A DNA stretch of 64,000 bases from Cyanophora paradoxa CCMP329 (lineage: Eukaryota > Plantae > Glaucophyta): assembly GCA_004431415.1 (NCBI GenBank), contig QPMI01000216.1, positions 12,553 through 76,552 of the forward strand, given 5' to 3'. The first letter of the stretch is position 1. Every line of letters starts with the position of its first letter. Made by a program: the position numbers and the translations under genes. This document shows, one piece after another, positions 24,692-36,479 of this stretch. The notes under the pieces were generated by a model that saw nothing but the letters and a program-made list of their open reading frames with translations, was not told where the DNA came from and searched no databases.

Positions 24692-27600
24692 CTAAGCCCA
24701 GATGTCCCGGACGTAGCGCTTGGCGCTCGACATGGCCGCGAGGTGCGCCGCCGCCGCCTTCTCGTCCATACCCCCGTGCTTGCTCAGCACCTGCGCCGCC
24801 CCGCGCCCGCCCCGTCGGCGGAACCGAACGGGACCCGCGCGGCTTCGAACCGGCGCCCGCGGCGCACCTCCGCGAGGGCCGCGTGGACGTCCTTCGCCAT
24901 CGCGAAGCCGTCGCTGGGGGGGGGGGGGGGGGGGGGAAGAGTGAGGGGCGGGGCGGGAGGGGCACGCGATGCGGAGCGGCGCACCCGCAGACGAAGATGT
25001 AGGCGGAGCGGCGGAGGACGAGGTCGGCGACCTCCGCCCCGCGCTCCCGGATGCGCCGCTGCACGTACGCCTTCTCCCCGCCCGGCCCCGCCGGCTCCTC
25101 CCGCGAGAACGCAGTCTCCAGCCTCGCCAGCGTGCCTGCACCCCGAAAGGGCGGGCCGGCGTCAGGGGGGCACTGAAACCGAGCGCGCGGGAAGGGAGGG
25201 GAGGCGGACCGTCGGAGGCGGCGGCGGTGAGGTCCTCGCGGTAGATGAAGTCGAGGGCGGAGTTGCGGCACCCGAAGAAGAGCCACGCGTCGCCCCGCTC
25301 CAGGGCCTGCCCGGCGGGGCGGCGGTACGTGAGCTTCACGCGCTTGGGCCGGCAGGTGTACGCCGCACCTCGCGGGAGGCATCGGTGCCCATGTCGAGGT
25401 CCATCCCCCGCCACGCTCCGACGCAGGTGCTCCCCGTTTGCCGGGACTGGGGTACGCGATGAGTGGCGCGCGAAGGGAGGCCGCGGGGGGGACGTGCGCA
25501 CGCGGCAGGCCCAGTGCTGGATGAAGGAGCGGAAGGGGGAGACGCCGGTGCCCGGGCCGATCATGATGACGGGGGCGGAGGCGTCGGAGGGCGGGCGGAA
25601 GTCGGTGGCCGGCCGCAGGAAGACCGCCACGTGCGTCCCCACCGGCGCCCCCGACAGGTACGTCGTCGCCAGGCCCCGCCGCCGCCGTGCCGCCGGAGGA
25701 GGAACGTCGTACTCCACCTGAGGGGCGGGGGAGCGTCAGGAGGGGTGCGGAGGGGAGCCGGGGGGTAGGGGGGTGCGGACCACGCTGAAGGCGAACTCGA
25801 CCGAGTCGGGGCGGGCGAGGGGCGAGGAGGAGGCGGAGTAGTAGCGCGGCTGCTGCTGGGGCAGCCTGCGCGACGCTCGCCCGGAACGAAAGAGGAAGGA
25901 AAAGGGAGGGAGGGCGGACGAGTCGAAGAGGAGCTCGATCGGGGGCCGGCAGGAGGGGGCCAGCTCGAGGATCTCGAGGAGGTCGAGGCGGCCGGCCAGC
26001 ACCATCTTGTTGTACTGCAGCCTCTCGTCCCCTGCGCGCCGTCAGGGGGAGCGCGTGGGGGGCGGGCGGGCACGCGGACCGGCGTCGGGGCCCTGGGGCC
26101 CCCTCTTGGAGGCCAGGCACAGCAGGCGGTACCGGTCCGCGGGGTCCGAGCAGTGCTCCGCGAGCGCCCGCAGGAACGTCTGGGGGCGCCGCGTTAGGTG
26201 GACAGGTTGGAGGGCCGGGCGGGGGTGCGACGCGCCTTCTTGGGGGGCGAGGTGAGGTCGCAGTAGTAGGCGAGGGCGTCGCGGAGGGTGCAGGGGCAGC
26301 GGATGTGGGAGGGGTACGCGGCGGGCTTGGCGAGGGTGGCGCCGGGGCCGGGGGGTGCGGGGGCGAAGAGGGAGACGGGGCGGCCCTCGGGGGTGACGAG
26401 CTCGAAGACGCGGGAGCCGTCGAGGGCGAGGCGGGCCAGCACGCCCTCCACCAGGGCGGCGGGGTTCGGCACGTGCACGCCCAGCGCGTCCCCCGGCTGG
26501 TACTGCAGCCCCGAGCCCCGCAGGCTCAGCTCCAGGTGCACCACCCGCTTCTCGGCCCCGGCGGCCGTCAGGTCGCGCCTCGCCAGGATGCGCGAGATGT
26601 AGGGGTTGTCGGGGCTGTACCCCCGCGGCGGCGCCCCGGCGTCGTCGCGGCAGTAGACCCCGTGGAGCTTGAGGACCGCGAAGGAGGGGTACGGGGGCGG
26701 GGCCGCGGGGGCGGCGGAGGAGGGGGAGGAGGAGAGGGAGAGGGCGGCGACGCGCTCCTCGAGCCGGTGGAGGGGCCCCGCGGCGTCCGCGTGGGCGGGG
26801 CCCACCGCCGCCCCCGCCCCGCCCTCCCCCGCCTCGCTCTCCAGCGCCTGCGGGGGGATGAGGGGGGGGGGACGGGCGGGCGGGGGGTACGGGGCGGGCC
26901 TCCTTGGAGAGGTAGACGACGGAGACGCGGGGCGGCTTGGCCTCGGGCAGCTCCAGGGCCCGCTCCTTCGCCTCCCACTCCGACAGCGCAGCCGCCGCCG
27001 CCGGTGCCGCCTCGGCCGGCGCCGGCTGCCCGCGGGCGGCGGCGCGGCGGCCGGGGGGCGGCGGGGGCGGAGGCGGGGGCGGCGGGTCCCGCGGCGGCCT
27101 CGAGCGCGGGCCAGAGGCCCTTCAGCCACTCCTCGACCACCGGCTCGTACCTGAGGGCTCCCCGTGAGCTGCGGCCCGGTCCGCCGCCCCCAGGCAGGGC
27201 CCGCCCACCCGCAGGCCTCGTCCGCCTCGCCCCGCCGGTAGAACGACGTGCTCCCCAGCGCCGTCAGGCCCGCGTCCACGGCCCGCGGTACCGCGCAGAA
27301 GTTCGTGTAGTTCGAGTCCCCCAGGCCTGCGCCGCCGTGAGCACAGCCGCAGGTGAGGGACGGCCGCGTACCCAGGACCGTGTGCTTGAGCCAGGAGAGG
27401 AGCCCCGGCTTGTGCGTCTTCTTACGAAGGAATCGCACCTGGGGGATGAAAATCAGAAGAGGAGGTGGTGGGGAAGCCGCAGGGGTACGTGGCGCGCCAG
27501 CTTGGCGGCGTTGTCGGGCGGGTCGCCGTCGCCCGTGGTGCTCGTGACGACGACGAGGGCCCTCTCGCAGCCCTCCGCCTCCAGGTCCACCTGCAGGCGT

Positions 27601-28681
27601 ACCCCCCCACGGCGCTCGAGGTCCAGGCACGCGGCGCGGGGCGTGAAGGGAGGGGGGCCGGGCACCTGGTTCATGGCCTGCAGGCGGGCGGCGTACCCCC
27701 GCTTGACGGCCTCCGCGTGGACCTGCTTCGCGATGGACGCCGCGTTGCCCGTCTGCGAGCCGAACGCCACCAGCACGCGCGGCCGATCCGCCTCCGGAGA
27801 CGCCGCCCCCGCCGCGCCCGCCGCCGGCGCGGCCTTGCCGGCTCCGTTCGTGGCCGGGGCGAGCTCCTTCCCGCTCTGCGCGGCTTCGATTGCGGGGACG
27901 AGCCCCTCTATCCACGGCTCCACTTCCGAGTCGAGCCTGCGGCGCGCTCGCTCAGCGGGCGGACGGCAGGACGCCGGCGCGGCCGGGGGCGCAGGGCGCA
28001 CCCGACGGCGTCGTCGGCCTCCCCGCGCCGGTAGAAGCTCTTTGCGCCGAGCGCGGCGAGACGCTGGTCCACCAGGCGCGGCACCGCCTGGTACCGGCTG
28101 TAGTTCGTGTCTCCGAGGCCTGCGCAGGCGGCCGTGCATGAAGCGTCGACTTCGGGCGCTCTTTCGTGCGCCCGGCGCAGCGGGGTGCGCACCGAGCACG
28201 GTGTACTTCATGCCGCTGAGCAGCGTCTCCGAGTGCGTCTTCCGCTTGAGCCAGCGCATGAACTTGGCGGCGTTGTCGGGAGCATCCCCGTCGCCGGTCG
28301 TGCTGGTGACGAAAACGACGAGCGGCTCCTTCACGAACGATGCCTGCAACGACGCACGCGTGAGCGGCGCAAGAGGCGGCGCCGCCCGCCCCTCATCATG
28401 AGCTTGTCAAGTAAGCACGCTTGGCTTCACATGCCAATTCGAGGTCCGCGGGGCGGCGCAGGGTTGTCCCAAGCGGTTGTAAGAGGTGCGCTAACTCGTC
28501 CCTGTGCCGCGAAGCGGCCGGCACCGCCTCGCGAGGGCGCGCGGACCTCGTCGTACGAATTCATGTTGGTGAAGGGCGCGTCCCATCCGCGAGCTGCCAG
28601 AGCTTCGTGGATTCGCTTCGCGAGGTTCTCCGCGTTGCCCGTCTGTGAGCCGAAGAGGATAAGGGCGCGTGGACCTGTCAT
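24692..28681 (-). CDS. MTRR: Methionine synthase reductase-like diflavin oxidoreductase with two tandem flavodoxin (FMN) domains
   Basis: Two copies of FGSQTGNA...TSTTGDGD.PDNAAK...LGLGD.NY. FAD region QPRYYSASSSP; MIGPGTGVSPFRSF; LFFGCRN...DFIY; IFVCGDGFAMAKDVH; C-terminal RYVRDIWA*. The connecting domain (CDLTSPPKK.FLRALAEHCSD; PSCRPPIELL) resembles MTRR. Confidence 0.85.
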
Positions 28682-28983
28682 CGCTTGATCCGAGTGTACC
28701 CCGGTCCGAGCCTTCGCCCGCGCTTTCACAGCAGCGCGACGCATCAGCACCGACGCGGGACAGTAAGTCTCGCAGGACAGACATCCTTCTTGAGTTTAAG
28801 AGACGAGTGTTTGAGCACCCGTCAGCGCGGTACGAGTGGCGTGCGCGTCGTATAGAGCGCTCTGCAAGGGTCGTAGCGAGCGTTCACGTTCAGCTGCAGC
28901 CTTTTCCCAGGCGACCCCTGTCAAAGGTCTGCGCAAGTTCTTTGTGAGTGCGCACGTTCCCCTAACGCTCAAACCTCGGCAGA
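28682..28983. promoter_or_regulatory. Putative bidirectional promoter between MTRR and the RING-SAP-UBC gene
   Basis: Head-to-head start codons about 300 bp apart. Confidence 0.5.
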
Positions 28984-31900
28984 ATGTCGGCGAGCGTCGT
29001 TCCAATTGAATGCCTGAGCGACGACGAGTGCGTAGTGGACGATGCGCCGGCGCCCGCCCCCGCGGCGAGCAAGAAGGCGAAGAAGGGCAAGTCGAAGCGC
29101 AAGGGCAAGGCGCCGGCGGCAGCGAAGAAAGATGACAGCGACTCGGAAGTGGAGATTACGTTCGCAGCCCTCGCCCCCAAGCCCGCCGCGGACGAGGTCG
29201 TCTTCGTCAAGGAGGCCCAAGGGTTCGCCTGCCGCGTCCGCCCGCGCGCTGCGCTCCTGAGCGCGCTCCGCAGCGCGCCCGTGCACGCGCCGCCGGTTCC
29301 GAGCGCGCAGCGGAACTTGGAGCTGCTGCGGGGCGGCCCGTCCCCGCAGGGCCAGGCGGACATGGAGGTCACCTCCCCGTGCCAGGCGTGCAACAAGGAC
29401 ACGCTCAGCGCCGAGCTGGTGGCCTGCACCGTCGGGCACCGGTGAGCGTTCGCTCGCGCCGCGCTCTGCCCGCCAGCGCCGCCCAGCGCGACCCGCCCGG
29501 CGCGCAGCGTCTGCGTCGAGTGCGGGCGGCTGGCGATGCAGGAGGGCGGCGAGGGCGGGGAGCCCGGGTGCCCCTTCGCGGAGTGCGGGGTCTCGCTGAC
29601 GCAGTCGGCGCTCGTTCGGATCTTGAGCGAGGCGCGGGCGCGGGAGCTCCTCTGCGAGCGCTTCGGCGAGCTCCTCGCCTCGCTCGACGAGCCGCTCTGC
29701 GGCGCCTGCAACACCGCCGCCGACGAGCTGCCCCCACTCGAGCTCAGTGCGCCGCCCCGCCCCGCCGGGCCCTCCACCCCGCGGCCGACGCGGGGCGGCG
29801 CGCCACGCAGAGGGCCTGGGGACGGAGCCGGCGTGCCGGCGGCGGCTCCCATACAAGTGCGACACGTGCGGCCGCTCGACGTGCCGCGCCTGCGGTGGGC
29901 CCGCCCACGCCGAGGACCTCTGCAGCCAGGCCCGCCCCGCCCCGCCCCGCCCCCGTCCCTCCGCGCTGAGGGCGAGGGCAGGGCAAGGTGCTGCTCTTCA
30001 TGAGCGCCGCGGACACGCTCTCGTCGACCACCGGGATGAAGAACCAATTCGAGCGCGCCCGCGCCTCCTCCTCCGCCGCCGAGGCCGGCCCCGCCGCCGC
30101 CGCCTCCTCCTCCTCCTCCTCCTCCGCCCCCGCCGCTTCCTCCTCCTCCTCCTCCCCCTCGCCTGCGGCGAACACGCCGGAGTTCGCAGTCTGGACGGTC
30201 AAGAAGCTTCAGGCGGAGCTGAAGAGGCGCGGGCTATCCCACCAGGTCCGGCTCGAACCCCGCCCGGTCCCGCCCCCGCCCCCTCTGACGCTCGTGCCGG
30301 CCAGGGGCGGAAGGAGGAGCTGGTGCAGCGCCTGGCGGACGCCAACGCGGGCAAGCCGCCCTGCCCGCCGGCGCCGGCGAAGGCCGCCGCCTCGAGCAGC
30401 AAGAAGCGCGGCCGCGGATCCAGCGGCAGCACGCCCCAGTCCAAGGCCTGGGCCCGGTGCGCGGCCCGCCCGCCCGCCCGCCCGCCCCCCTCGCCGCGGC
30501 ACGAGCCGGGCACCCGCAGCGGCGTGGGGTACGGCGGCGAGAGCGGCTCGGCGCGCTTCGACCCGACCGAGCACCGGAAGCGCGAGGAGAAGGCGGACGA
30601 GAAGGTCCCGCCCGGAGCCGAACCCGAGCCGCCCCGCCCCTCGCCCCGGCCTGAGGCGGGCGCAGACGTCGGACGCGCTGCGGAAGGTGCTGAAGTCTCT
30701 GCCGGGCCCCGGGGCGGACCGCCAGGCGACCGACGACGCGCTGCCGGGGGCCCTCCTCTGCTCCTGCCTCCTCCCCGTCCTCCGCGGCCTCCTTCGCAAC
30801 GACAGGCGCGCGCCCCGCCGGTGCCCCCTCCTTCCGAGGCTGATTGCGACGCGACGCGGGGCGCGCAGCTTCCTGGACGTGTGCGAGCGGTCGGAGCTGT
30901 ATCTCTCGGCTGTGGCGGCCGTCGGGGGCCTCGCCGCCGTCCCCGCCCTCGCCCCGGCCCTCGTCCTGGGGGCCCCGGGCGAGGACCCCGACACGCCCCA
31001 GCTCGACGAGCTCCTCAGGGGGTCCGCCGGCCCCCGCCCCCTCCCCTACCGCCCCCGATCCGAGGCGATCGAATCTCACCGGCCCGGGGCGGGCAGGCTG
31101 CGGACGGCGGCGGACGTGTTCGTGCGGGGGGCGATCTCGACGGCCGACGAGCTCCTCTCCGCCACGGACGTCGTGCGCGCCTCCCCCCGCCCGCGCCCTC
31201 CGGCCTCGGCCTCAGCGGGGCGGGGGCGGCAGCGCTCGACGGTGGCGCTGGGGCTCGCCCTCGAGGTCCGCAACGTCCACGACGCCCTGGGCCCCGCCCT
31301 CAGGCCCGCCCCCGCGCCCCCCGCAGCCTCCCTCCGCTCCTCTCCTGAGCGCCGGCGCGCAGGTCCTTCCGGGCGGCTCGGGCGCGCGCGCGGGCGGAGG
31401 AGGAGGCGCGGGAGCCCCCCTCGAAGAAGGCCAAGGGCGCCGAGGAGGCCGCCGGGGAGTACTGCCGCGCCCTCCGGCCCCTCCTCTTCGAGCAGGCGCC
31501 CCCGCAGCCGCCCCCCCTCCCCGCCTCGACCCCGCTCACCCCCGGCCCCCGCAGGTGCAGCTCACGGGCTGCGGCCGCTTCTACTTCGACGGCGCCAACG
31601 CCAAGGCCGAGGCGAGCCCCGCCCGTCCTCTCTTCTCGCCTTCTTGCGTTGAGCGCCGGGGGCCCGCAGCTGGCGATGTACGACCAGATGGCGAAGATGC
31701 AGATGATGGCCGCTGCCGTGATGGGCGGCGGCGTCGCGCACCCCGGCAAGGTCCGCCCCGGCCCCTCTTCCCCCCCACTCGTCGTCGCCTGACGCGCCGC
31801 AGGGGGCCGGCTGGGCCGGCGCCACCGCCGAGGGCTCCCGCAACCGCACCCTCCACATCAACAAGGCGCGCTCCCCCCTTGCCCTCCCCATTACCGCACC

Positions 31901-32925
31901 CCCCTCACATCATCCGTGCTCCAGGAGCTCGCGGCGCTGAGCACCTCCCTACCCCTCACGTACGAGTCGGCCATCTTCGTCCGCATCGGTGCGCCGCGTA
32001 CCCCCCCCCTCCCCCCGCCACGATCGTGCCCCTCCCCCCCTCCGACGCTGGGCGTACCCCCTGTCTCAGATGAGGCGCGCATGGACCGCCTCTCGGCTGT
32101 GATTTTGGGCCCTGTCGATACGCCCTACGCCCACGGAGTCTTCGAGTTCCACATCCAGGCCCGCTCCAGCCTGTACCCCTCTCCTCCCCTCCTTGTTCTG
32201 ATCCGCCCCCGCAGCTGCCGCCCACGTACCCCCAGCAGCCGCCCAAGGTCCAGTACATGACTACGGGCGGGGGTACCGCCCGCTTCAACCCCAACCTCTA
32301 CGATTCTGGCAAGGTGCCCAGCCCCCATACCCCCGCTCGTCGTATGCCGCCCGCGTCGACCCGGCACAGGTCTGCCTGAGCCTGCTGGGGACGTGGGAGG
32401 GGCCCGGGTGGGACCCCCGAGTCTCTACGTTGATCCAGGTCCTCCTGTCCATCCAGGCGTGCACGTACCCCCCTGCCCCCGCCTGCGCCCGCTCGTGTGA
32501 GCGCGGCGGCGTACCTCCCAGAGCCTGATCCTGGTCGCCGAGCCCTTCTACAACGAGCCCGGGTTCGAGAACCGCAAGAGCGACCAGCAGAGCCGCCAGT
32601 ACAACCGCCAGATCCAGGGATACACCTCCCGGTGCCGTAACCCCCCCCCCCCCCCCCCCCCGGCCCCTTCCCCTCCCCCGCCAACCGGTACCCAGGTTCG
32701 CGATCCTGGATGCGCTCCGGAACCCCCCGACGGGCTTCGCGGAGGTCGTCCGCACCCACTACCGCCTGAAGGCGCGCCCCGCGTACCCTCCCCCCTCCCC
32801 CGGGGCCTGACCCCCGGCTGCAGAAAGAGGCTGTCCAGGAGACGGTGCGGGCGTGGGCCAAGGACGGCGCCTCGGTGCCCTCCCAGGTCGTCCAGGCCAT
32901 CGAGAATGAGCTCGCCAAGCTCTGA
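28984..32925 (+). CDS. RING/IBR-like zinc fingers, SAP domain and BIRC6/UBE2Z-type ubiquitin-conjugating (E2) domain, multi-exon
   Basis: CQAC..CTVGH.VCVEC...CPFAEC; CGAC...[24 protein letters not shown]; [31 protein letters not shown]; GVGYGG; [13 protein letters not shown]...[14 protein letters not shown]...[24 protein letters not shown] (catalytic Cys intact)...EPFYNEPG. Stop TGA at 32923-32925. Confidence 0.85.
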
Positions 32926-33049
32926 CCGTAGAGCGTAGCGTACCCCTCCTCCTGCCTCTTCCCGTCCCACACGCACCGCACTCCCCCGAACCCCCCGCGT
33001 GACTCCCCCGTCTAGCTGTAGCTGTAGGCTCGAATGCGAACGCGCTTTG

Positions 33050-34190
33050 CTACTTGGCGTTGGGCGGGGGCGGGAAGCTGGAGCGGAGCTTGCGCTTAAC
33101 GGAGACCTTCTCCTTGTCGAGCGGCCGGTTGAAGCCGCCCCGCCGGTTCATGTACTGCCGGTAGTCCCGCGCCGACCGCACCTGCGCGCCTCGGCGCGTC
33201 GGGCGGGGCGGGGCGCGCGTCTCCGCGATCGAATCCGGACCTTGACGGCGCCGATCTGGTTGTTCCCCTCGATGCCCTTGCCCTGCGCGCCGCGGCGTGA
33301 GGCGGGGCGGGCGGCGCGGCGGCCCCCGGCGCCCACCCCTCGCTCGCCTTAGTCGTGTCGAACCCGACCGGCAGGCCGAACGCCGCCATCATCTCCGCCT
33401 CGTCCATGGGCCCGTCGTCTGCGCCGCTAAGCCTCAGGGGGCCGATCGCCGGGCTGCGGCGCCGCCCGCGCGCGCGCACTCTTCGCCTCGGGCTTGCCCC
33501 CGTCAGAGTCGCTGTCCGAGTCCGAGTCATCCGACCCGCGCCTCCGCTTCCGCTTGTCTGCGCGGGCCTCAGGCCGCGTACGCAGCAGGAGCCGCACCGT
33601 GCGTCGCACCGCGCGAGGGCGAGCGGCTGCGGCTCCTGCTGCGGCTCCGGCTCCGGCTCCGGCGGTCGCTGCGGAATGTTCGCGGCGGATCTGGCGGCCG
33701 GTGGCGGGCCTGGCTCACCGATCCCGGTCCCGGTCCTTGTCCCTGCGGTCTCTGTCCAGCTCCAGTTCCCTGCGTGGGGCGGTGAGCCTGCGAAAGATTG
33801 GCAAGGGCGAGGCACGGCGGGCACCGCTCGCGCTCGGGCCTGTCCAGGTCCTTGTATCCGCCCCGGTCCCTATCCCGGTCGCGGTCTCTGTCATCTCGGC
33901 GGTCGCGGTCGCGGTCCCGCCTGTCGTCGCGGCGCGGCGCGCGGTCCCGGTCCCGGCGCGGGGAGCGGCTCCGCGATCGGCTTCTTGATCGTCCTGTCGG
34001 CCACTAACGTCAGCGCGTGCGGCAGGGAGGCCGGAAAAGCGGACCCATGGGGGGGAATGAGAATGATTGGGGTACGCCAGCGTTCAGCGAGTCCTGCGAC
34101 GTCCGTCTAGATAGCGACGGCTCTCTGTCCGTATTGACCGATAGCGAAGGTCCCGAACGATTCGAACGAGCACACGGGCTTGCGCGACAT
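33050..34190 (-). CDS. SNRNP27: U4/U6.U5 tri-snRNP 27 kDa protein (start approximate)
   Basis: RD-rich N-terminus. C-terminal EAEMMAAFGLPVGFDTTK|GKGIEGN..GAVK|VRSARDYRQYMNRRGGFNRPLD. Stop TAG at 33050-33052. Confidence 0.9.
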
Positions 34191-34276
34191 AGCCTGCTGC
34201 GCCAAGCAGCTCGAGCACACGCGGCGAGCGGTATTCCGCCGCGGCCGCAGTAGCGCAGTTAGCTAGTTCTGCGGCC
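34191..34276. promoter_or_regulatory. Very compact putative bidirectional promoter (SNRNP27 / ABHD13)
   Basis: Probable start codons are head-to-head with 86 bp between them. Confidence 0.4.
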
Positions 34277-35813
34277 ATGCTCTTCTTCCTGTTGAAGAGC
34301 GCTGGGGTCATCATCGTGTCCATCGCTGCGGCCCTCTACACCTTCCAAGGAAATCTTTTGTACCTGCCGACGTTCCCCAAGCTCGACAACGGCAAGAATG
34401 GGCGCTACTACCTTCGGACACCGCTCGCCTTCAGGCTTCTCTATGAGGACATGTGGATCCAGACTACCGACGGCGTGAAGATCCACGTGCGTCGCTGCTC
34501 GTTCTTAGAGTCTTGCGCTCGTTCGCTCGCCGCTCAGCGCGCGCGGCAGGCCTGGCTCATCAGGAGCAGGCGGGATACAGAGTCGGCGCCGACCCTCGTT
34601 TACTTCCATGGCAACGCGGGCAACATCTCGCACCGCCTCGACCACGCGTACGCTCGAGTCCGAGATCGCTGCGACCCTCGCACTCGCGCCTTGATCGGCC
34701 GCCGCCGGCAGCTACGAGTTCGTCGAGAACTGCGGCGTGAACGTCGTCCTCGTCTCGTACCGCGGGCGCGCCGTCCGCCGCAGCCGCGCCGCACTCTCCC
34801 CCGCCGACGCGGCGGCGCGCAGGTACGGGGAGAGCGAGGGCGCGCCCAGCGAGCCGGGCCTGCAGCGGGACGCGCAGGCCGTCCTCGACGCCCTCCGCGC
34901 CCGCTCGGACATCGACACCAGCAAGGTCCGCCGCGAGACCAGACCAGAGATCGAATCCTTCCCCGCCGGAGCCGAACCCGCGCCGCAGATCGTGCTCTTC
35001 GGCGCGAGCCTCGGCGGCGGCGTCGCCTGCTACCTCGCCCACGAGAACCCGGGCGCGGTCCGCGTACCCCCTTCCGCTTCCCCCCCCGGGTCCTTTTCGA
35101 TCCGGCGTCTCTTGCGACCGACCAGATCTACGCCTGCATCCTCGAGAACACCTTCACCAGCATCGAGGTACCCCCCCCCCGGGAGAACCACGCCTCCTCC
35201 GAGCGCCCCCGCAGGACATGATCGACGTGGTCCTACCCGTCCTCAAGCCCTTCAAGGTGCCCTCCCGGCGCTCTGCTTGTTGCGTACCCCTCCCGCTTAC
35301 AGGGTACACCAGATTCTCTGCCGGAACCACTGGCCGAACGGGGAGCGCGTCCCGAGGCTCAAGTGCCCCCTGCTCTTCCTCTCCGGCGCGAGGGACGAGC
35401 TCATACCCCCCTCGTGCGCGCCCGTACCCGCCTGCGGCCGATCGGCATCGTACCCCGTGCGACGGCTTCCTGCGCAGGATGATGCGGCGCCTCTTTGACA
35501 CGGCCGACCGATCCGCGTACAAGGTGCGGGTACCCCGGCTTTGCCCTCCCGCCCCCTGACGCCCCCGGCCCCGGGCCCGCTCGCAGGAGATGCAGGTGTA
35601 CCCGTCTGGCATGCACAACGACACGTGGCTCCGGGGGGGCCCCAAGGTGGGCGTCCCCCCGCAGCAGGGCGGGGCCCTGTACCCCCCCCCCTCACGCCTC
35701 TCCCCCCCCAGTACTACGAGGACGTGGCGCGCTTCCTGGGGCGGGTGGCGGGCCTGGAGGCGGAGGGGCCCCCGCCGAAGCGGGCCCCCGCGTGGGGCGG
35801 CCCCGCCCACTGA
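34277..35813 (+). CDS. ABHD13: ABHD13/BEM46-family alpha/beta hydrolase, multi-exon
   Basis: N-terminal TM then LYTFQGNLLYLP; TTDGVKIH; TLVYFHGNAGNISHRL; VSYRG.YGESEGAPSEPGLQRDAQA; LFGASLGG (nucleophile Ser); ILENTFTSI; LFLSGARDELIPP; GMHNDTW. Confidence 0.92.
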
Positions 35814-36010
35814 GGGGCCCTGGGGGGCGCCCCCCGCCGTTCGAGTCGCAGCGCTCGCTCGCTGTCCCGGGCCTGAGAAGCGGCACCGCCCCGCTCGAGC
35901 TCGTCCCGCTTGCCCGCCAGCCCCAGCCTGGCACGCGTACGCCATCGCGTCGCCCCCCCTGGGACCAGCTCGAGATGCGCGTCGCTACTAGCTGTAGGCT
36001 GGATAGGCCC

Positions 36011-36360
36011 ATCAGGCAGTCGGAGCCCCGGACTCGGACTGATCATGAGGCGAGAATGTGTTCGAATTCGACGCGGTTCGATTCCATCATGGCGTGTAAT
36101 ATTTAATCTGGGTAATCGATATCGATATCACGTTAACTTTGATTGTCATCCGATCGCGAATCCTTTAAAAAATTTTACGTAATACTCTCAATTGCGAAGG
36201 CAGTCGACGTCGGCAGTCGGATATCATAATCAGGCAGTCGGAGCCCCGGACGTCGACTGATCATGAGCTCGAGGCGAGAATGTGTTCGACGGTTAACGTT
36301 CGATTCCATCATGGCGCGTACGCGTTAAATCTGCATAATCGAATTCATATTGACTGTCAT
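36011..36360 (+). repeat. Degenerate direct duplication (period about 220 bp) in the ABHD13 / cyclase intergenic region
   Basis: atcaggcagtcggagccccggac...actgatcatgag...gcgagaatgtgttcga...ttcgattccatcatggcg at 36011 and 36230. Confidence 0.75.
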
Positions 36361-36479
36361 TCTTCTCGCCTCCGGCGGGAATCCAATAATATTACTCGTT
36401 CGAACGCGAAGCTACCATAAACTCGTTACCATATATGTGCACTGTGGTACGTAACTATAAATATTATGGCATAGGAGAT

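Noticed and set aside
26305-28401. 698-aa + strand ORF
   Set aside because: Antisense shadow of MTRR with no recognisable motifs.
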